Source of the DNA: an uncultured Erysipelotrichaceae bacterium | GTDB lineage: Bacteria > Bacillota_I > Bacilli_A > RF39 > UBA660 | Length of the DNA: 64,000 bases | Direction: 5' to 3' | Assembly (NCBI GenBank): GCA_902801525.1 | Contig: CADCIN010000002.1 | Span: 12,323-76,322 of the forward strand | Part shown: piece by piece, positions 53,569-63,988 of the stretch | Layout: every line of letters begins with the position of its first letter | Position numbering within the stretch: the stretch's first letter is position 1 | Notes under the pieces: generated by a model | Told to the model about the DNA's origin: nothing | The model's input: the letters and a program-made list of their open reading frames with translations, nothing else | The model's database searches: none | Translations under genes and position numbers: made by a program

Positions 53569-55902
53569 ATGATAAAAATTAATAAAGATGAAGAAGTACT
53601 AATAATATGTCCAAATAAAGAAAAAAGAAAGATTTTATTAGAGTTGCAAAAAGATATTACAATCTACAATATTAAATTTATGGATATAACTGAATTTAAA
53701 GATAATTATTTTTTCTCATATGATGATAAAGCCATTTATTATCTTATGAATAAATATAAATATCATTATGATGTATGTAAAGTATATTTAGATAATTTAT
53801 ATCCAATAGATATAAACAAAGAATATAAAAGTGATAAATTAAACTTTTTAAAGAACTTGAAAAAAGAACTTATTGATAAAGACTTATTATATTTTAATAA
53901 TAACTTTAAAGATTATTTAAAAACAAAAAAAATAATAGTAAAAAATTATTATGACTTAGATAAATATTTAGAAGATGCGATTAACTTTAAAAATATTCCA
54001 AAGAAAGTAAATAATATAGAAAAAGTATATAAATACGATACGATGGAAGATGAAATAAATGGAGTATGTTTAAAGATAATTGATTTATTATCTAAGAATA
54101 TTCCCCTAAATAAAATATATTTAACTAATATATCAGAAGATTATTTATATTCGTTAAAAAAGATATTTAACTATTATCATATTCCTATTAATATAAAAAG
54201 AAATGATTCAGTCTATTCTACAAAAACTGTAAAAGATTATTTAATAACTAAAAATATAAAAGAGACACCTGATAAAAATCAAATAAATAAATTATTAATA
54301 AATGCCCTAAGTAGTATGTCTTGGTTAGATGAGAGTGATCCACTTTATAAAACATTACTAATAAATAAACTAAAAAGTACATCACTTCCAAGTAGAAAAT
54401 TAAAAGATGCGGTTAATATAACAAATATCTATGATGAAGAATTTAGTGATGATGAATATGTCTTTGTCTTAGGATTTTGTCAAGATATATTACCTAAAAT
54501 GGTTAAAGATGAAGATTTTATCACAGATAATATAAAAGAAGAAGTAGATCTATATACTACTGATTATTTAAATACTAGAAATAAAAAAACCACTATAGAA
54601 ATATTATCAAATATTAAGAATTTATATTTATCATATATGTTAGAAACACCATTTAATAGTTTTTATAAATCTAGTTTAATAACTGATTTAAATATTAAAG
54701 AAGTAGAAGATAATATAGATGAGTATAAATATAGTAACTTATATAATAAAATAAGACTTGGATCAAAACTAGATAATTATTATTTATATAATGAAAAGTC
54801 AGAAGACTTAAAGACATTATTAACTCATTATGATATTCCATATAATACATATAATAATAACTTTACAGGTATAGATAAATCATCATACTTAAGTTATAAA
54901 AATAATTATTTAAAACTATCTTATACCCAAATTAATTCATATAATGAATGTGCATTTAAATATTATATAAACTATGTATTAAAATTAAATGAATATGAAG
55001 ACACATTCCAAGCATTTATTGGATCACTTTATCATGAGATATTATCATTATTTAAATTACCTAACTTTGATTTTGAAAGAGAGTATCAAAATTACTTAGA
55101 AAAAAGAGATTTATCTTTAAAAGAGAGAATATTACTAATTCATTTAAAAAAAGAATTACTTTGGTTATTAGATTCAATTAAAAAACAAGATTTATTAACT
55201 GGATATATAGATGAATTATATGAACAAAAAATAAATATAAGACTTGATAAAGAAATAGAAACAGTATTTACTGGATCAATTGATAAGATAATGTATTATA
55301 AAGATATAGAAGATACATATTTTAGTATAGTAGATTATAAAACAGGTACGATAGATACCAAAATAGAACCAATGAAATATGGACTTCATATGCAGCTTCC
55401 CGTATATTTATATATGATACATGCATCATCCATATTTAAAAATCCAATATTCACAGGTATTTATTATCAAAATATATTATTCTCTTATCCAAACTTTACA
55501 ACTAAAAAGTCATTAGAAGAAGAGAAAGAATCTAAATTAAAATTAACTGGATATTCAACAGATAATATAAATGTCTTAGAAAGATTTGATCCATCATTAG
55601 AAAAGAGTGAATTTATTAAAAGTCTATCTTATAATCCAGAAAAAGGATTTTCTAAGAACTCTAAAATAATAGATGAAGATACACTTTATAATATGAATGA
55701 ATTTACTAAAAATAAAATAAATGAAAATGCAGATCAAATAATAAATGCAGAGTTTAATATTAATCCCAAAAATTATGATGGAAAAAATATCTCATGTAAT
55801 TTTTGTTCATTTAAAGATTTATGCTTTATGAAAGAAAATAATATTAAATATCTAAAAAAAGTAAATGACTTAGATTTCCTAGGAGGTGATGATAATGTCT
55901 AG
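53569..55902 (+). CDS. addB: helicase-nuclease AddAB subunit B (short RexB/AddB-type)
   Basis: C-terminal PD-(D/E)XK nuclease (IVDYKTG) with Fe-S cysteines (YNECAFKY ... CNFCSFKDLC). It lies directly upstream of addA and overlaps it. Confidence 0.7.
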   Translation: MIKINKDEEVLIICPNKEKRKILLELQKDITIYNIKFMDITEFKDNYFFSYDDKAIYYLMNKYKYHYDVCKVYLDNLYPIDINKEYKSDKLNFLKNLKKELIDKDLLYFNNNFKDYLKTKKIIVKNYYDLDKYLEDAINFKNIPKKVNNIEKVYKYDTMEDEINGVCLKIIDLLSKNIPLNKIYLTNISEDYLYSLKKIFNYYHIPINIKRNDSVYSTKTVKDYLITKNIKETPDKNQINKLLINALSSMSWLDESDPLYKTLLINKLKSTSLPSRKLKDAVNITNIYDEEFSDDEYVFVLGFCQDILPKMVKDEDFITDNIKEEVDLYTTDYLNTRNKKTTIEILSNIKNLYLSYMLETPFNSFYKSSLITDLNIKEVEDNIDEYKYSNLYNKIRLGSKLDNYYLYNEKSEDLKTLLTHYDIPYNTYNNNFTGIDKSSYLSYKNNYLKLSYTQINSYNECAFKYYINYVLKLNEYEDTFQAFIGSLYHEILSLFKLPNFDFEREYQNYLEKRDLSLKERILLIHLKKELLWLLDSIKKQDLLTGYIDELYEQKINIRLDKEIETVFTGSIDKIMYYKDIEDTYFSIVDYKTGTIDTKIEPMKYGLHMQLPVYLYMIHASSIFKNPIFTGIYYQNILFSYPNFTTKKSLEEEKESKLKLTGYSTDNINVLERFDPSLEKSEFIKSLSYNPEKGFSKNSKIIDEDTLYNMNEFTKNKINENADQIINAEFNINPKNYDGKNISCNFCSFKDLCFMKENNIKYLKKVNDLDFLGGDDNV

Positions 55903-58900
55903 ATGGACACCAGAACAAGAAGATGCGATTAATTCAGAAGGAACAAATATTATTGTCTCAGCAGGAGCAGGATCAGGAAAAACTGCGGTATTAACAGAAA
56001 GAGTAAATAGAAAATTAAGAGAAGGAGTTCATGTTAATGAACTACTTGTCTTAACATTTACAAATGCAGCAGCAAAAGAGATGAAAGATAGAATTAGAAG
56101 ATCTATTAAAAAAACTCCAGGACTTGAAAAAGAAGCAGAACTAATAGATGGAGCATATATAACTACATTTGATTCATTCTCTCTATCAATAGTTAAAAAA
56201 TATCATACTAAGTTAAATATAACTAATAAAATAAAAATAACAGATGATGTTGTAATAGATATTAAAAAACAAGAATTACTTGATAATATAATGGATGAAA
56301 AGTATAAAGAACAAAGTGAATCTTTCTTAAAATTAATAGATCATTTTTGCTTAAAAGATGATAAAGATCTAAAAAAATATATATTAACAGCGCTAAAGAA
56401 AATAGAATTAAAATATGATAAAAATGAATATTTAGAAAATTATATAGATGATTATTTTAAAGATGAAAATTTAGATAAAATAGTAAATGATTATTTAAAC
56501 TTAATATATAAAAAGAAAGAAGAAATTAGAAATAACTTATTAAAACTTAATTCATACTTTGAAGGTGAATTTCTAGAGAAGATGAACCTATCTTATGATA
56601 AATTAATGAATGCTGAAAACTATGATGAAATACTTAAAGGATTAGATAGTATCGTACCAGTTAGAGTACCACCTAAAAGTGATGAACATGGTAAAGTTAT
56701 AAAAACAGTTATTACTGATTTAACAAAAGAGTTAAAAGAATTATGTGTTTATGAAAGTACCAGTGAGATGAAAGAAGAACTTATAAGTACTAAGTCTGAT
56801 CAAGAAGAGTTAATAGACATCATTAAAAGGCTAAATAAGGCTCTTTCTAACTATAAGAGGGTAAATGATATCTATAACTTTAATGACATTGCACACATGG
56901 CTATAAACGTTGTTAAAGAAAATGATGACATAAGAGAAGAACTAGTAAATACATTTAATGAAATAATGGTAGATGAATATCAAGATACATCAGATACCCA
57001 AGAAGTATTTATTAATTTAATATCTAATAATAATGTTTATATGGTAGGTGATATAAAACAATCTATTTATCGCTTTAGAAACGCTAATCCATATATCTTT
57101 AAAAATAAATATGATTCATATTCTAAAGGAATAAATGGTAAAAAAATAGACTTAGTAAAAAACTTTAGATCAAGAGATATAGTACTAAATAATATAAATA
57201 CACTATTTGATAATTTAATGGATGATGAAATAGGTGGAGCAAATTATCAAGAATCACATAGAATGGTCTTTGGAAATAAAACTTATATTGAAGAAGGAAA
57301 AACAGATCAAGATTATGATTTAGATATAATTACTTATTCACTTGAAAATGATAAAGAAATATCAAAAGAAGAAAAAGAAATATTTATAATTGGAAATGAT
57401 ATAAAAAACAAAGTAGAAAATAAATGGCAAGTATTTGATAAAGATGAAAAAGTTCTAAGAAATATTGATTATTCAGACTTTGTAATATTACTAGATAAAA
57501 GTACTAATTTTGATTTATATAAAAAAATATTTGAATATCTAGGAATACCACTAACTATTATGAAAGATACATCTATTCGTAAAGATGATGATATCTTAAT
57601 AATAAAGAATTTATTAAAACTAATAATATGTATTAAGAATAATAACTTTGATACATCATTTAAATATTCATTTACAAGTATATCAAGAAGTTTCTTATAT
57701 AAAACTGATGATGATATTATCTTTGAATATTTTAAAGATAAGTCATTTAAAAATAGTACATTATTTAAAAAATGCGAAGAGTTAACTAAATACATAGATA
57801 TAGAAACACCTAGTGAATTCTTCTATAAAATATGTGATGAATTTAACTATGATGAAAAACTATTAACTATTAAGAATATAAAACAAATGAATACTAGAAA
57901 AGAGTATTTCTATAATTTAATAAAAGACTTCTCAGATGCCGGAAATACAATCTATGACTTTGTAGATTACTTAGATAGTATCTTTGATTTAGATTATGAT
58001 TTAAAATTCTCTATAAATGAAAAATCATCTAGTAGTTGTAAGATAATGACTATTCATAAATCAAAAGGATTAGAGTTTCCAATTTGTTATTTTGCTGGAT
58101 TCTCATCTAAATTTAATTTAAGAGATTTAAATGAAAGAATTATCTTTGATAATAAATATGGATTAGTTCTTCCAAAAGTAGAAGATAGTTATAAATCAAC
58201 TATTTGTAAAACACTATTAAAAGTTAATTATAAAAGAGAAGAAATATCAGAAAGAATTAGACTATTATATGTTGCCGTAACACGAGCTAAAGAAAAAATG
58301 ATAGTAGTAATGCCACAGGTAGAAGAGGGATTTGAATTAGATGGAGTAGTGCCTACATATGAAAGAGATAAATACTCATCTTTCTTATCAATTATGAAAA
58401 GTTTATATCCAAACTTACTTGAATATGTAAAACCATTTGAAGAAGATATATTTACAAAAGAATATATTGAAAATAATAAAGATAAAAATATAGATAATTT
58501 AAAACTATTAGAAGATAAATTAGAAGTAAAAGAATTATCATTTATAGAAGAGTATTTAGAAGAAGCAAAATTTTCAAAAGAATCAATGCATATAGAAACC
58601 AAAGAAGAACAAGAACTATTAGACTTTGGAACTAATGTTCATAAAGCATTAGAGCAACTTAATTTTAAAGATCCACAAATAGATAAATTAGACTTAAAAG
58701 ATAATATAAAAGAAAAGATAAAAGCCTTTTTAAGTCAAGATATCATAAAAGAAAATTTAAATTCTAAAATATATAAAGAATATGAATTCTTAGATGAAGG
58801 AGAAAATAGTCTGTCACATGGAATTATAGACTTGATGATTGAGACAGAAAATAATATAATAATAATAGATTACAAACTTAAAAACATAGATGATGAAGCA

Positions 58901-59017
58901 TATGATAAACAACTAAATGGTTATAGAAATGTAATCAAGAAAAAAACAAACAAAGTAGTAGACTGTTACTTATATTCCGTAATTAATGAAAACTTAAGAA
59001 AAGTAATAGAAAAATAA
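55895..59017 (+). CDS. addA: helicase-nuclease AddAB subunit A (UvrD-family helicase plus nuclease)
   Basis: An AGGAGG RBS precedes the ATG at 55895. SAGAGSGKT Walker A, VDEYQDT, NFRS, VAVTRAK, and the C-terminal nuclease motif IIDYKL. Confidence 0.85.
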   Translation: MSRWTPEQEDAINSEGTNIIVSAGAGSGKTAVLTERVNRKLREGVHVNELLVLTFTNAAAKEMKDRIRRSIKKTPGLEKEAELIDGAYITTFDSFSLSIVKKYHTKLNITNKIKITDDVVIDIKKQELLDNIMDEKYKEQSESFLKLIDHFCLKDDKDLKKYILTALKKIELKYDKNEYLENYIDDYFKDENLDKIVNDYLNLIYKKKEEIRNNLLKLNSYFEGEFLEKMNLSYDKLMNAENYDEILKGLDSIVPVRVPPKSDEHGKVIKTVITDLTKELKELCVYESTSEMKEELISTKSDQEELIDIIKRLNKALSNYKRVNDIYNFNDIAHMAINVVKENDDIREELVNTFNEIMVDEYQDTSDTQEVFINLISNNNVYMVGDIKQSIYRFRNANPYIFKNKYDSYSKGINGKKIDLVKNFRSRDIVLNNINTLFDNLMDDEIGGANYQESHRMVFGNKTYIEEGKTDQDYDLDIITYSLENDKEISKEEKEIFIIGNDIKNKVENKWQVFDKDEKVLRNIDYSDFVILLDKSTNFDLYKKIFEYLGIPLTIMKDTSIRKDDDILIIKNLLKLIICIKNNNFDTSFKYSFTSISRSFLYKTDDDIIFEYFKDKSFKNSTLFKKCEELTKYIDIETPSEFFYKICDEFNYDEKLLTIKNIKQMNTRKEYFYNLIKDFSDAGNTIYDFVDYLDSIFDLDYDLKFSINEKSSSSCKIMTIHKSKGLEFPICYFAGFSSKFNLRDLNERIIFDNKYGLVLPKVEDSYKSTICKTLLKVNYKREEISERIRLLYVAVTRAKEKMIVVMPQVEEGFELDGVVPTYERDKYSSFLSIMKSLYPNLLEYVKPFEEDIFTKEYIENNKDKNIDNLKLLEDKLEVKELSFIEEYLEEAKFSKESMHIETKEEQELLDFGTNVHKALEQLNFKDPQIDKLDLKDNIKEKIKAFLSQDIIKENLNSKIYKEYEFLDEGENSLSHGIIDLMIETENNIIIIDYKLKNIDDEAYDKQLNGYRNVIKKKTNKVVDCYLYSVINENLRKVIEK

Positions 59018-59038
59018 AATATTATTTGGAGAAAGTAT

Positions 59039-60268
59039 ATGAAAAAAAGTAAGAAGAATAAAAAAGTAGTAGAAAAAATATGTTTATTAACAATAATAAT
59101 AGTAGTAGTATTAATAGTAATATATAGTATACTAGTAAAAAGTATTAAAATAAAAGTAAATGATAAAGAAATAAATTTAAATGATACTTATAAAGAAGAA
59201 GTAAAAGGATATTTCTTAGGAAAAGATATATCAGAAAATATAAAGAAAACTGGTTCAGTAAATACTAGTAAATCAGGTACATATAAAATTAAATATGAAT
59301 TAAAATATTTGTTATTTAAAAAAAGTAAAACTATAGAAGTAGTAGTTAAAGATACTATTAAACCAGTATTAACATTAAATGATAAAGAAATAGAAATATA
59401 TGTAGTAAATACTGAGTATAAAGAACAAGGATATACTGCATTAGATAATGTAGACGGAGATATTACCAAAAAAGTAAAAGTAGATAAATCAAATTTAGAT
59501 ATTAAAAAACCAGGTACATATAGAATAAAATATACAGTTAAAGACTCATCAGGAAATACTGCATCTGCAGAAAGACAAGTAGTATATGAAAATCCAAATA
59601 CTAAAGGAATATCAGTAGTTAATTATCATTTCTTCTATAATCCTAAAACAGAAGCGTGTAATGAAGATATTTGTGAAAGAGATGATGACTTCAGATCTCA
59701 CTTAAAATATTTAAAAGATAATAATTATAAAACTCTAACTATTAGAGAGTTTAGAGACTGGATGTATGGTAAAATTGAAATTCCTGAAAAATCAGTATTA
59801 ATAACAGTAGATGATGGAGCTAAGGGTACTGGAAAACATAATGGAGATAATCTAAATACTATCTTAAAAGAATATAAAATGCATGCAACACTATTCTTAG
59901 TAACAGGATGGTGGGATATAGAAAATTATAAATCAGATTATTTAGATATTGAGTCTCATACAAATGATATGCATACAGGAGGTTTATGTAGCAAGTTTAG
60001 AGGAGCAAAAATACTTTGTTCATCAAACGAATATGTAATGAATGACTTAAAAAAATCTATAGAAATTACAAAATCAAAAATAGCATTCTGTTATCCATTC
60101 TATGCATATAATGAAACAAGTACAAAACAAGTTAAACAAGCAGGATTTGAATTAGCATTTATTGGAGGAGAAAAGAAAGTAACAAAAGATACAGATAAAT
60201 GGCATATACCAAGATATCCAATAACAAAAGAAATGACATTAGATGATTTCATAAAAATAGTAAATTAG
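59039..60268 (+). CDS. polysaccharide deacetylase family protein with N-terminal Ig-like (DUF5011-type) domains
   Basis: TM anchor. DTIKPVLTL...GYTALDNVDGDITKKV Ig-like repeats. NodB-type motifs LITVDDG and ESHTNDMH. Confidence 0.65.
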   Translation: MKKSKKNKKVVEKICLLTIIIVVVLIVIYSILVKSIKIKVNDKEINLNDTYKEEVKGYFLGKDISENIKKTGSVNTSKSGTYKIKYELKYLLFKKSKTIEVVVKDTIKPVLTLNDKEIEIYVVNTEYKEQGYTALDNVDGDITKKVKVDKSNLDIKKPGTYRIKYTVKDSSGNTASAERQVVYENPNTKGISVVNYHFFYNPKTEACNEDICERDDDFRSHLKYLKDNNYKTLTIREFRDWMYGKIEIPEKSVLITVDDGAKGTGKHNGDNLNTILKEYKMHATLFLVTGWWDIENYKSDYLDIESHTNDMHTGGLCSKFRGAKILCSSNEYVMNDLKKSIEITKSKIAFCYPFYAYNETSTKQVKQAGFELAFIGGEKKVTKDTDKWHIPRYPITKEMTLDDFIKIVN

Positions 60269-60381
60269 ACTTATTATTTAGTATAATTTTTTTATTTTCA
60301 TTAAATATAATATTACAAAATATATCTTGAAAGAGATATAAATATATGATATACTATGTAACAATTTGTGGGGTGAATTAA

Positions 60382-61047
60382 ATGGAAGAAATAAACATAA
60401 ATGAATTATTTAATTATTTTCTATCAAAGAAACTAATTATAATAATATCTCTAGTAACTGTTTTTGTATTAGGAAACAGTTACTCATTAGCTATCAGAAA
60501 ACCAATGTATAAATCTGATACATTACTAATACTTATAAGTGAAAAAAATGAAACTTATAATAATACTGATTACCAATTAAATCAAAACTTACTTGGTACA
60601 TATTCAGAAGTTGTAAAAAGTAGAAAAGTAATTAATACTGCACTAAAAAATACTAAATCAAAAGAAACTTATAATGATGTAGTAGATAGAATAAGTGTTA
60701 CTAACTCTGAAAACTCAGATATTATTAGAGTAACTTTTACAGGAAGAAATCCTAAAAAAGTAAAAAAGTTTACTGATGAAATAGCACATGTATTTATGGA
60801 TGAAGTAAAAGATAAATATAAGTTAGATAATGCATCAGTATTAGATGCTGCAGAAGTAGCTAAACATGCTTATAATAAAAATATTATAAAAGACAATTTA
60901 ATTTATATATTAGCAGGATTAATATTAGGATTTGGTATAACTTTTGTAATTTATTATTTTGATAATACAATAAAAAATACAGAAGTAGTAGAAGATAAAA
61001 TAGGACTTAAGGTATTAGGAGTAGTACCTAAAGTAGATAAGGAGTAG
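60382..61047 (+). CDS. Wzz/CpsC-type polysaccharide chain-length determinant (BY-kinase modulator)
   Basis: Two TM segments flank an extracellular domain. It lies directly upstream of the BY-kinase. 221 aa. Confidence 0.7.
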   Translation: MEEININELFNYFLSKKLIIIISLVTVFVLGNSYSLAIRKPMYKSDTLLILISEKNETYNNTDYQLNQNLLGTYSEVVKSRKVINTALKNTKSKETYNDVVDRISVTNSENSDIIRVTFTGRNPKKVKKFTDEIAHVFMDEVKDKYKLDNASVLDAAEVAKHAYNKNIIKDNLIYILAGLILGFGITFVIYYFDNTIKNTEVVEDKIGLKVLGVVPKVDKE

Positions 61048-61052
61048 ATATT

Positions 61053-61814
61053 ATGAATAATAAAGTAACAACAGATTTATATATAAATGCTAGTCCTAAA
61101 TCATCTTTTAGTGAATCCATTAGAACTATTAGAACTAACTTAGCATTTAGTGCTTTAGGAAATAAAAATTTAAAAGTAATTTTAATTACTTCTCCTGAAC
61201 CACATAATGGAAAATCATTTATAAGTGCAAATCTTGCAGCAGCATATGCACAAGAAGGAAAAAAAGTATTAATAATTGATGCTGATTTAAGAAACGGTAG
61301 AGAACATGAAATATTTAATATTATAAATATTAATAGTGGAGGATATTCTAACTTAATATTAAATAGTTTAATATTAAATAGTAGTGATAGACATGTAGAT
61401 TATAAAAACTATTTAATAGAAACAAATATTAAAGGAATAACACTACTTCCAACAGGTCCAACTCCAGCAAATCCGGTAGAACTACTTGAAACAGAAACAA
61501 ATAAAGAAATAATAGAAAAATTAAGAGTTATGTTTGATATTATTATTATTGATAGTCCACCAGTAATTGGATTAAGTGATTCATTAATCTTAAGTAAGTA
61601 TACAGATGTTAACTTAGTAGTTGCAGAAAATAAAAGAACTACAGTAGAGTCCCTAACTAAAACTAAAAAAGCTTTTGAAGCAGCTGAATCAACAATAAGC
61701 GGAGTAGTAATTAATAAAGCTGATGTTAAACATCATGGATATTATGGTTACTATGCAGAAGGTTATTATATAGATGAAGATATTAAGAAGAAAAAAAGAA
61801 GAAAAAAGCATTAA
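61053..61814 (+). CDS. CpsD/CapB-type tyrosine autokinase
   Basis: Walker A ITSPEPHNGKSFISANLA, Walker A' LIIDADLR, IIIDSPP, and a C-terminal Tyr cluster HHGYYGYYAEGYY. Confidence 0.8.
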   Translation: MNNKVTTDLYINASPKSSFSESIRTIRTNLAFSALGNKNLKVILITSPEPHNGKSFISANLAAAYAQEGKKVLIIDADLRNGREHEIFNIININSGGYSNLILNSLILNSSDRHVDYKNYLIETNIKGITLLPTGPTPANPVELLETETNKEIIEKLRVMFDIIIIDSPPVIGLSDSLILSKYTDVNLVVAENKRTTVESLTKTKKAFEAAESTISGVVINKADVKHHGYYGYYAEGYYIDEDIKKKKRRKKH

Positions 61815-62550
61815 TTTTTGTGATTTACATTCTCATTATTTATATGGTATAGATGATGGAAGTAAATCTATAGAAGAAAGTATTTCTTTAATAAAAAAAG
61901 CTTATGAAGAGGGGACAACAAGTATTATATTAACACCACACTATATAAGAAAGAGTAAATATAATGCAAATAACGAAGTAAAATTAGAAAGATTTAATAA
62001 ATTAAAAGAAGAGTTAAAAAAACAAAATATAAATGTAAATTTATATCTTGGAAATGAAGTATTTATTTCTTCACAAATACTAAGATTAATAGAAGAAAAT
62101 GAAATATATACACTAAATAATAGTAGATATGTACTTATAGAATTTGGACTAAGTCAAATATTATATGAAGCAAAAGATATAATATATGAATTAGTAAGAA
62201 AAGGATATATTCCAGTACTTGCACATCCAGAAAGATATAAAATATTTCAAAAAGATCCAGAAAGAATAACTAATTATATAAAATTGGGAGTATTACTACA
62301 ATGTAATTATCAGTCTCTGTTTGGTAATTATGGAACTAAAGCAAGAAAAACAGCAAAGTATTTTCTTAAGAAAAGATATATAACATTCTTAGGATCAGAT
62401 ACACATCATGATAATAAATTGAATTTAGATAAATTAGAAAATAAATTATTAAAAATAATAAAAGATCAAGACTATGTAGATGAAATAATGAATAAGAACT
62501 TTAATAAAGTAATAAAAGACATAGAACTAGGTGCCAAAACTTGGCATTAG
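61774..62550 (+). CDS. CpsB/CapC-type PHP-family protein-tyrosine phosphatase
   Basis: CDLHSHYLYGIDDGS, LTPHY, LAHPERY and GSDTHH motifs. The start codon is uncertain and overlaps the kinase gene. Confidence 0.75.
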   Translation: MKILRRKKEEKSINFCDLHSHYLYGIDDGSKSIEESISLIKKAYEEGTTSIILTPHYIRKSKYNANNEVKLERFNKLKEELKKQNINVNLYLGNEVFISSQILRLIEENEIYTLNNSRYVLIEFGLSQILYEAKDIIYELVRKGYIPVLAHPERYKIFQKDPERITNYIKLGVLLQCNYQSLFGNYGTKARKTAKYFLKKRYITFLGSDTHHDNKLNLDKLENKLLKIIKDQDYVDEIMNKNFNKVIKDIELGAKTWH

Positions 62551-62634
62551 AAAAGGAATTATAACTTTTATTAGTTCCTTTTTATGATATAATTTTAAAG
62601 GTTTGTGTAAGAGTAGAGTGAGGTATTAAGAAGT

Positions 62635-63240
62635 ATGATTAACAGTATAAATCAAACAGCAACATTAGTACTAACTAATGAAGAAATAATAGAAGAAAAT
62701 AGTAGTAAGAGCATTAATAGAAAATATAAAGTAATAAAAAGATCATTTGATATATTCTTTGCATTATTAGGATTAATTGCATTAATTCCTATCACAGTAA
62801 TAGTCAAATTAGTAACATTATTATCAGGTGATACTAAATCAATATTTTATAGTCAAACAAGAATAGGAAAAGATGGAAAAGAATTTAAATTATATAAATT
62901 TAGATCAATGATTCCAAATGCAGATGAAGTATTAAAAAAATATTTAAAAGAAAATATGAAAGCTGCTCAAGAATATAGAAAATATAAGAAATTAACAAAT
63001 GATCCAAGAATTACAAAAATTGGTAAAGTACTTAGAAAAACATCTTTAGATGAAGTTCCACAAGTATTAAATATCTTAAAAGGAGATATGAGTATTATTG
63101 GAAATAGACCATATCTTCCAAGAGAAAAATATGATATGGATGATTATTATGAAGATATAATAAAAACAAAACCAGGATTAACTGGATTTTGGTACGTTTC
63201 GCTATATGCCGATAGTGATTGCATGAAGGGGGTGGCATAA
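62635..63240 (+). CDS. bacterial sugar transferase (polyprenyl-phosphate hexose-1-phosphate transferase), C-terminus aberrant or truncated
   Basis: KRSFDIFFALLGLIALIP TM segment, KFRSM, DPRITKIGKVLRKTSLDEVPQ, GDMSIIGNRP. After KPGLTGFW the sequence diverges (YVSLYADSDCMKGVA*) from the expected ...W.V.GR... Confidence 0.6.
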   Translation: MINSINQTATLVLTNEEIIEENSSKSINRKYKVIKRSFDIFFALLGLIALIPITVIVKLVTLLSGDTKSIFYSQTRIGKDGKEFKLYKFRSMIPNADEVLKKYLKENMKAAQEYRKYKKLTNDPRITKIGKVLRKTSLDEVPQVLNILKGDMSIIGNRPYLPREKYDMDDYYEDIIKTKPGLTGFWYVSLYADSDCMKGVA

Positions 63241-63960
63241 ATGGCGAAGATGGAATTAGTTGGAGTAAATGTTGCTGATTTAAATGATTTAGCAAGATTA
63301 GAAAAAATTGAAGTAGAAACAAAAGTAATGAGAAAATCAAAAAAGAGATTTTATTTTGCTGTTAAAAGAGTATTTGATATATTTTGTTGTTTAATTGGTT
63401 TATTAGCATTATTACCAGTAGCATTAATTACTAAAATTTGTTATCTAGCAACTGGCGATAAAAAATCAATATTCTATAAACAAAAAAGAATAGGAAAAGA
63501 TGGTAAATTTATTTATATTCTAAAATTTAGAAGTATGGTACACAATGCTGATGAAGTTTTAAAAGAATTATTAAAAGACCCAAAATATAAAAAAGAGTGG
63601 GATGAAAATCAAAAACTAGAAAATGACCCAAGAATAACAAAGATAGGTAAAATATTAAGAAAAACATCTCTTGATGAATTACCACAATTTATAAATGTTA
63701 TGAAAGGTGATATGTCACTTATTGGACCAAGACCTTTAGTTGAAGGTGAACTAGACGCACATGAAGGTAATCATGAAATATACGAAAGTGTTCGTCCCGG
63801 AATCTCAGGTTGGTGGGCTGCGAACGGTAGGAGCTGTACTAGTTACGACAAAAGATTAGATTTAGAATATTATTATTGTAGAAATTGTAGTATTTTATTA
63901 GATATTAAATGTATCTTTTTAACAATAAAAGCTGTATTATCTCGTAATGGAGCAAAATAG
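63241..63960 (+). CDS. bacterial sugar transferase (priming glycosyl-1-phosphate transferase), full length
   Basis: KRVFDIFCCLIGLLALLP, KFRSM, DPRITKIGKILRKTSLDELPQ, GDMSLIGPRP, RPGISGWWAANGRS, LDIKCIFLT. Confidence 0.8.
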   Translation: MAKMELVGVNVADLNDLARLEKIEVETKVMRKSKKRFYFAVKRVFDIFCCLIGLLALLPVALITKICYLATGDKKSIFYKQKRIGKDGKFIYILKFRSMVHNADEVLKELLKDPKYKKEWDENQKLENDPRITKIGKILRKTSLDELPQFINVMKGDMSLIGPRPLVEGELDAHEGNHEIYESVRPGISGWWAANGRSCTSYDKRLDLEYYYCRNCSILLDIKCIFLTIKAVLSRNGAK

Positions 63961-63988
63961 GATAAGGGGGTAAATAGTAGGAGCAAAT

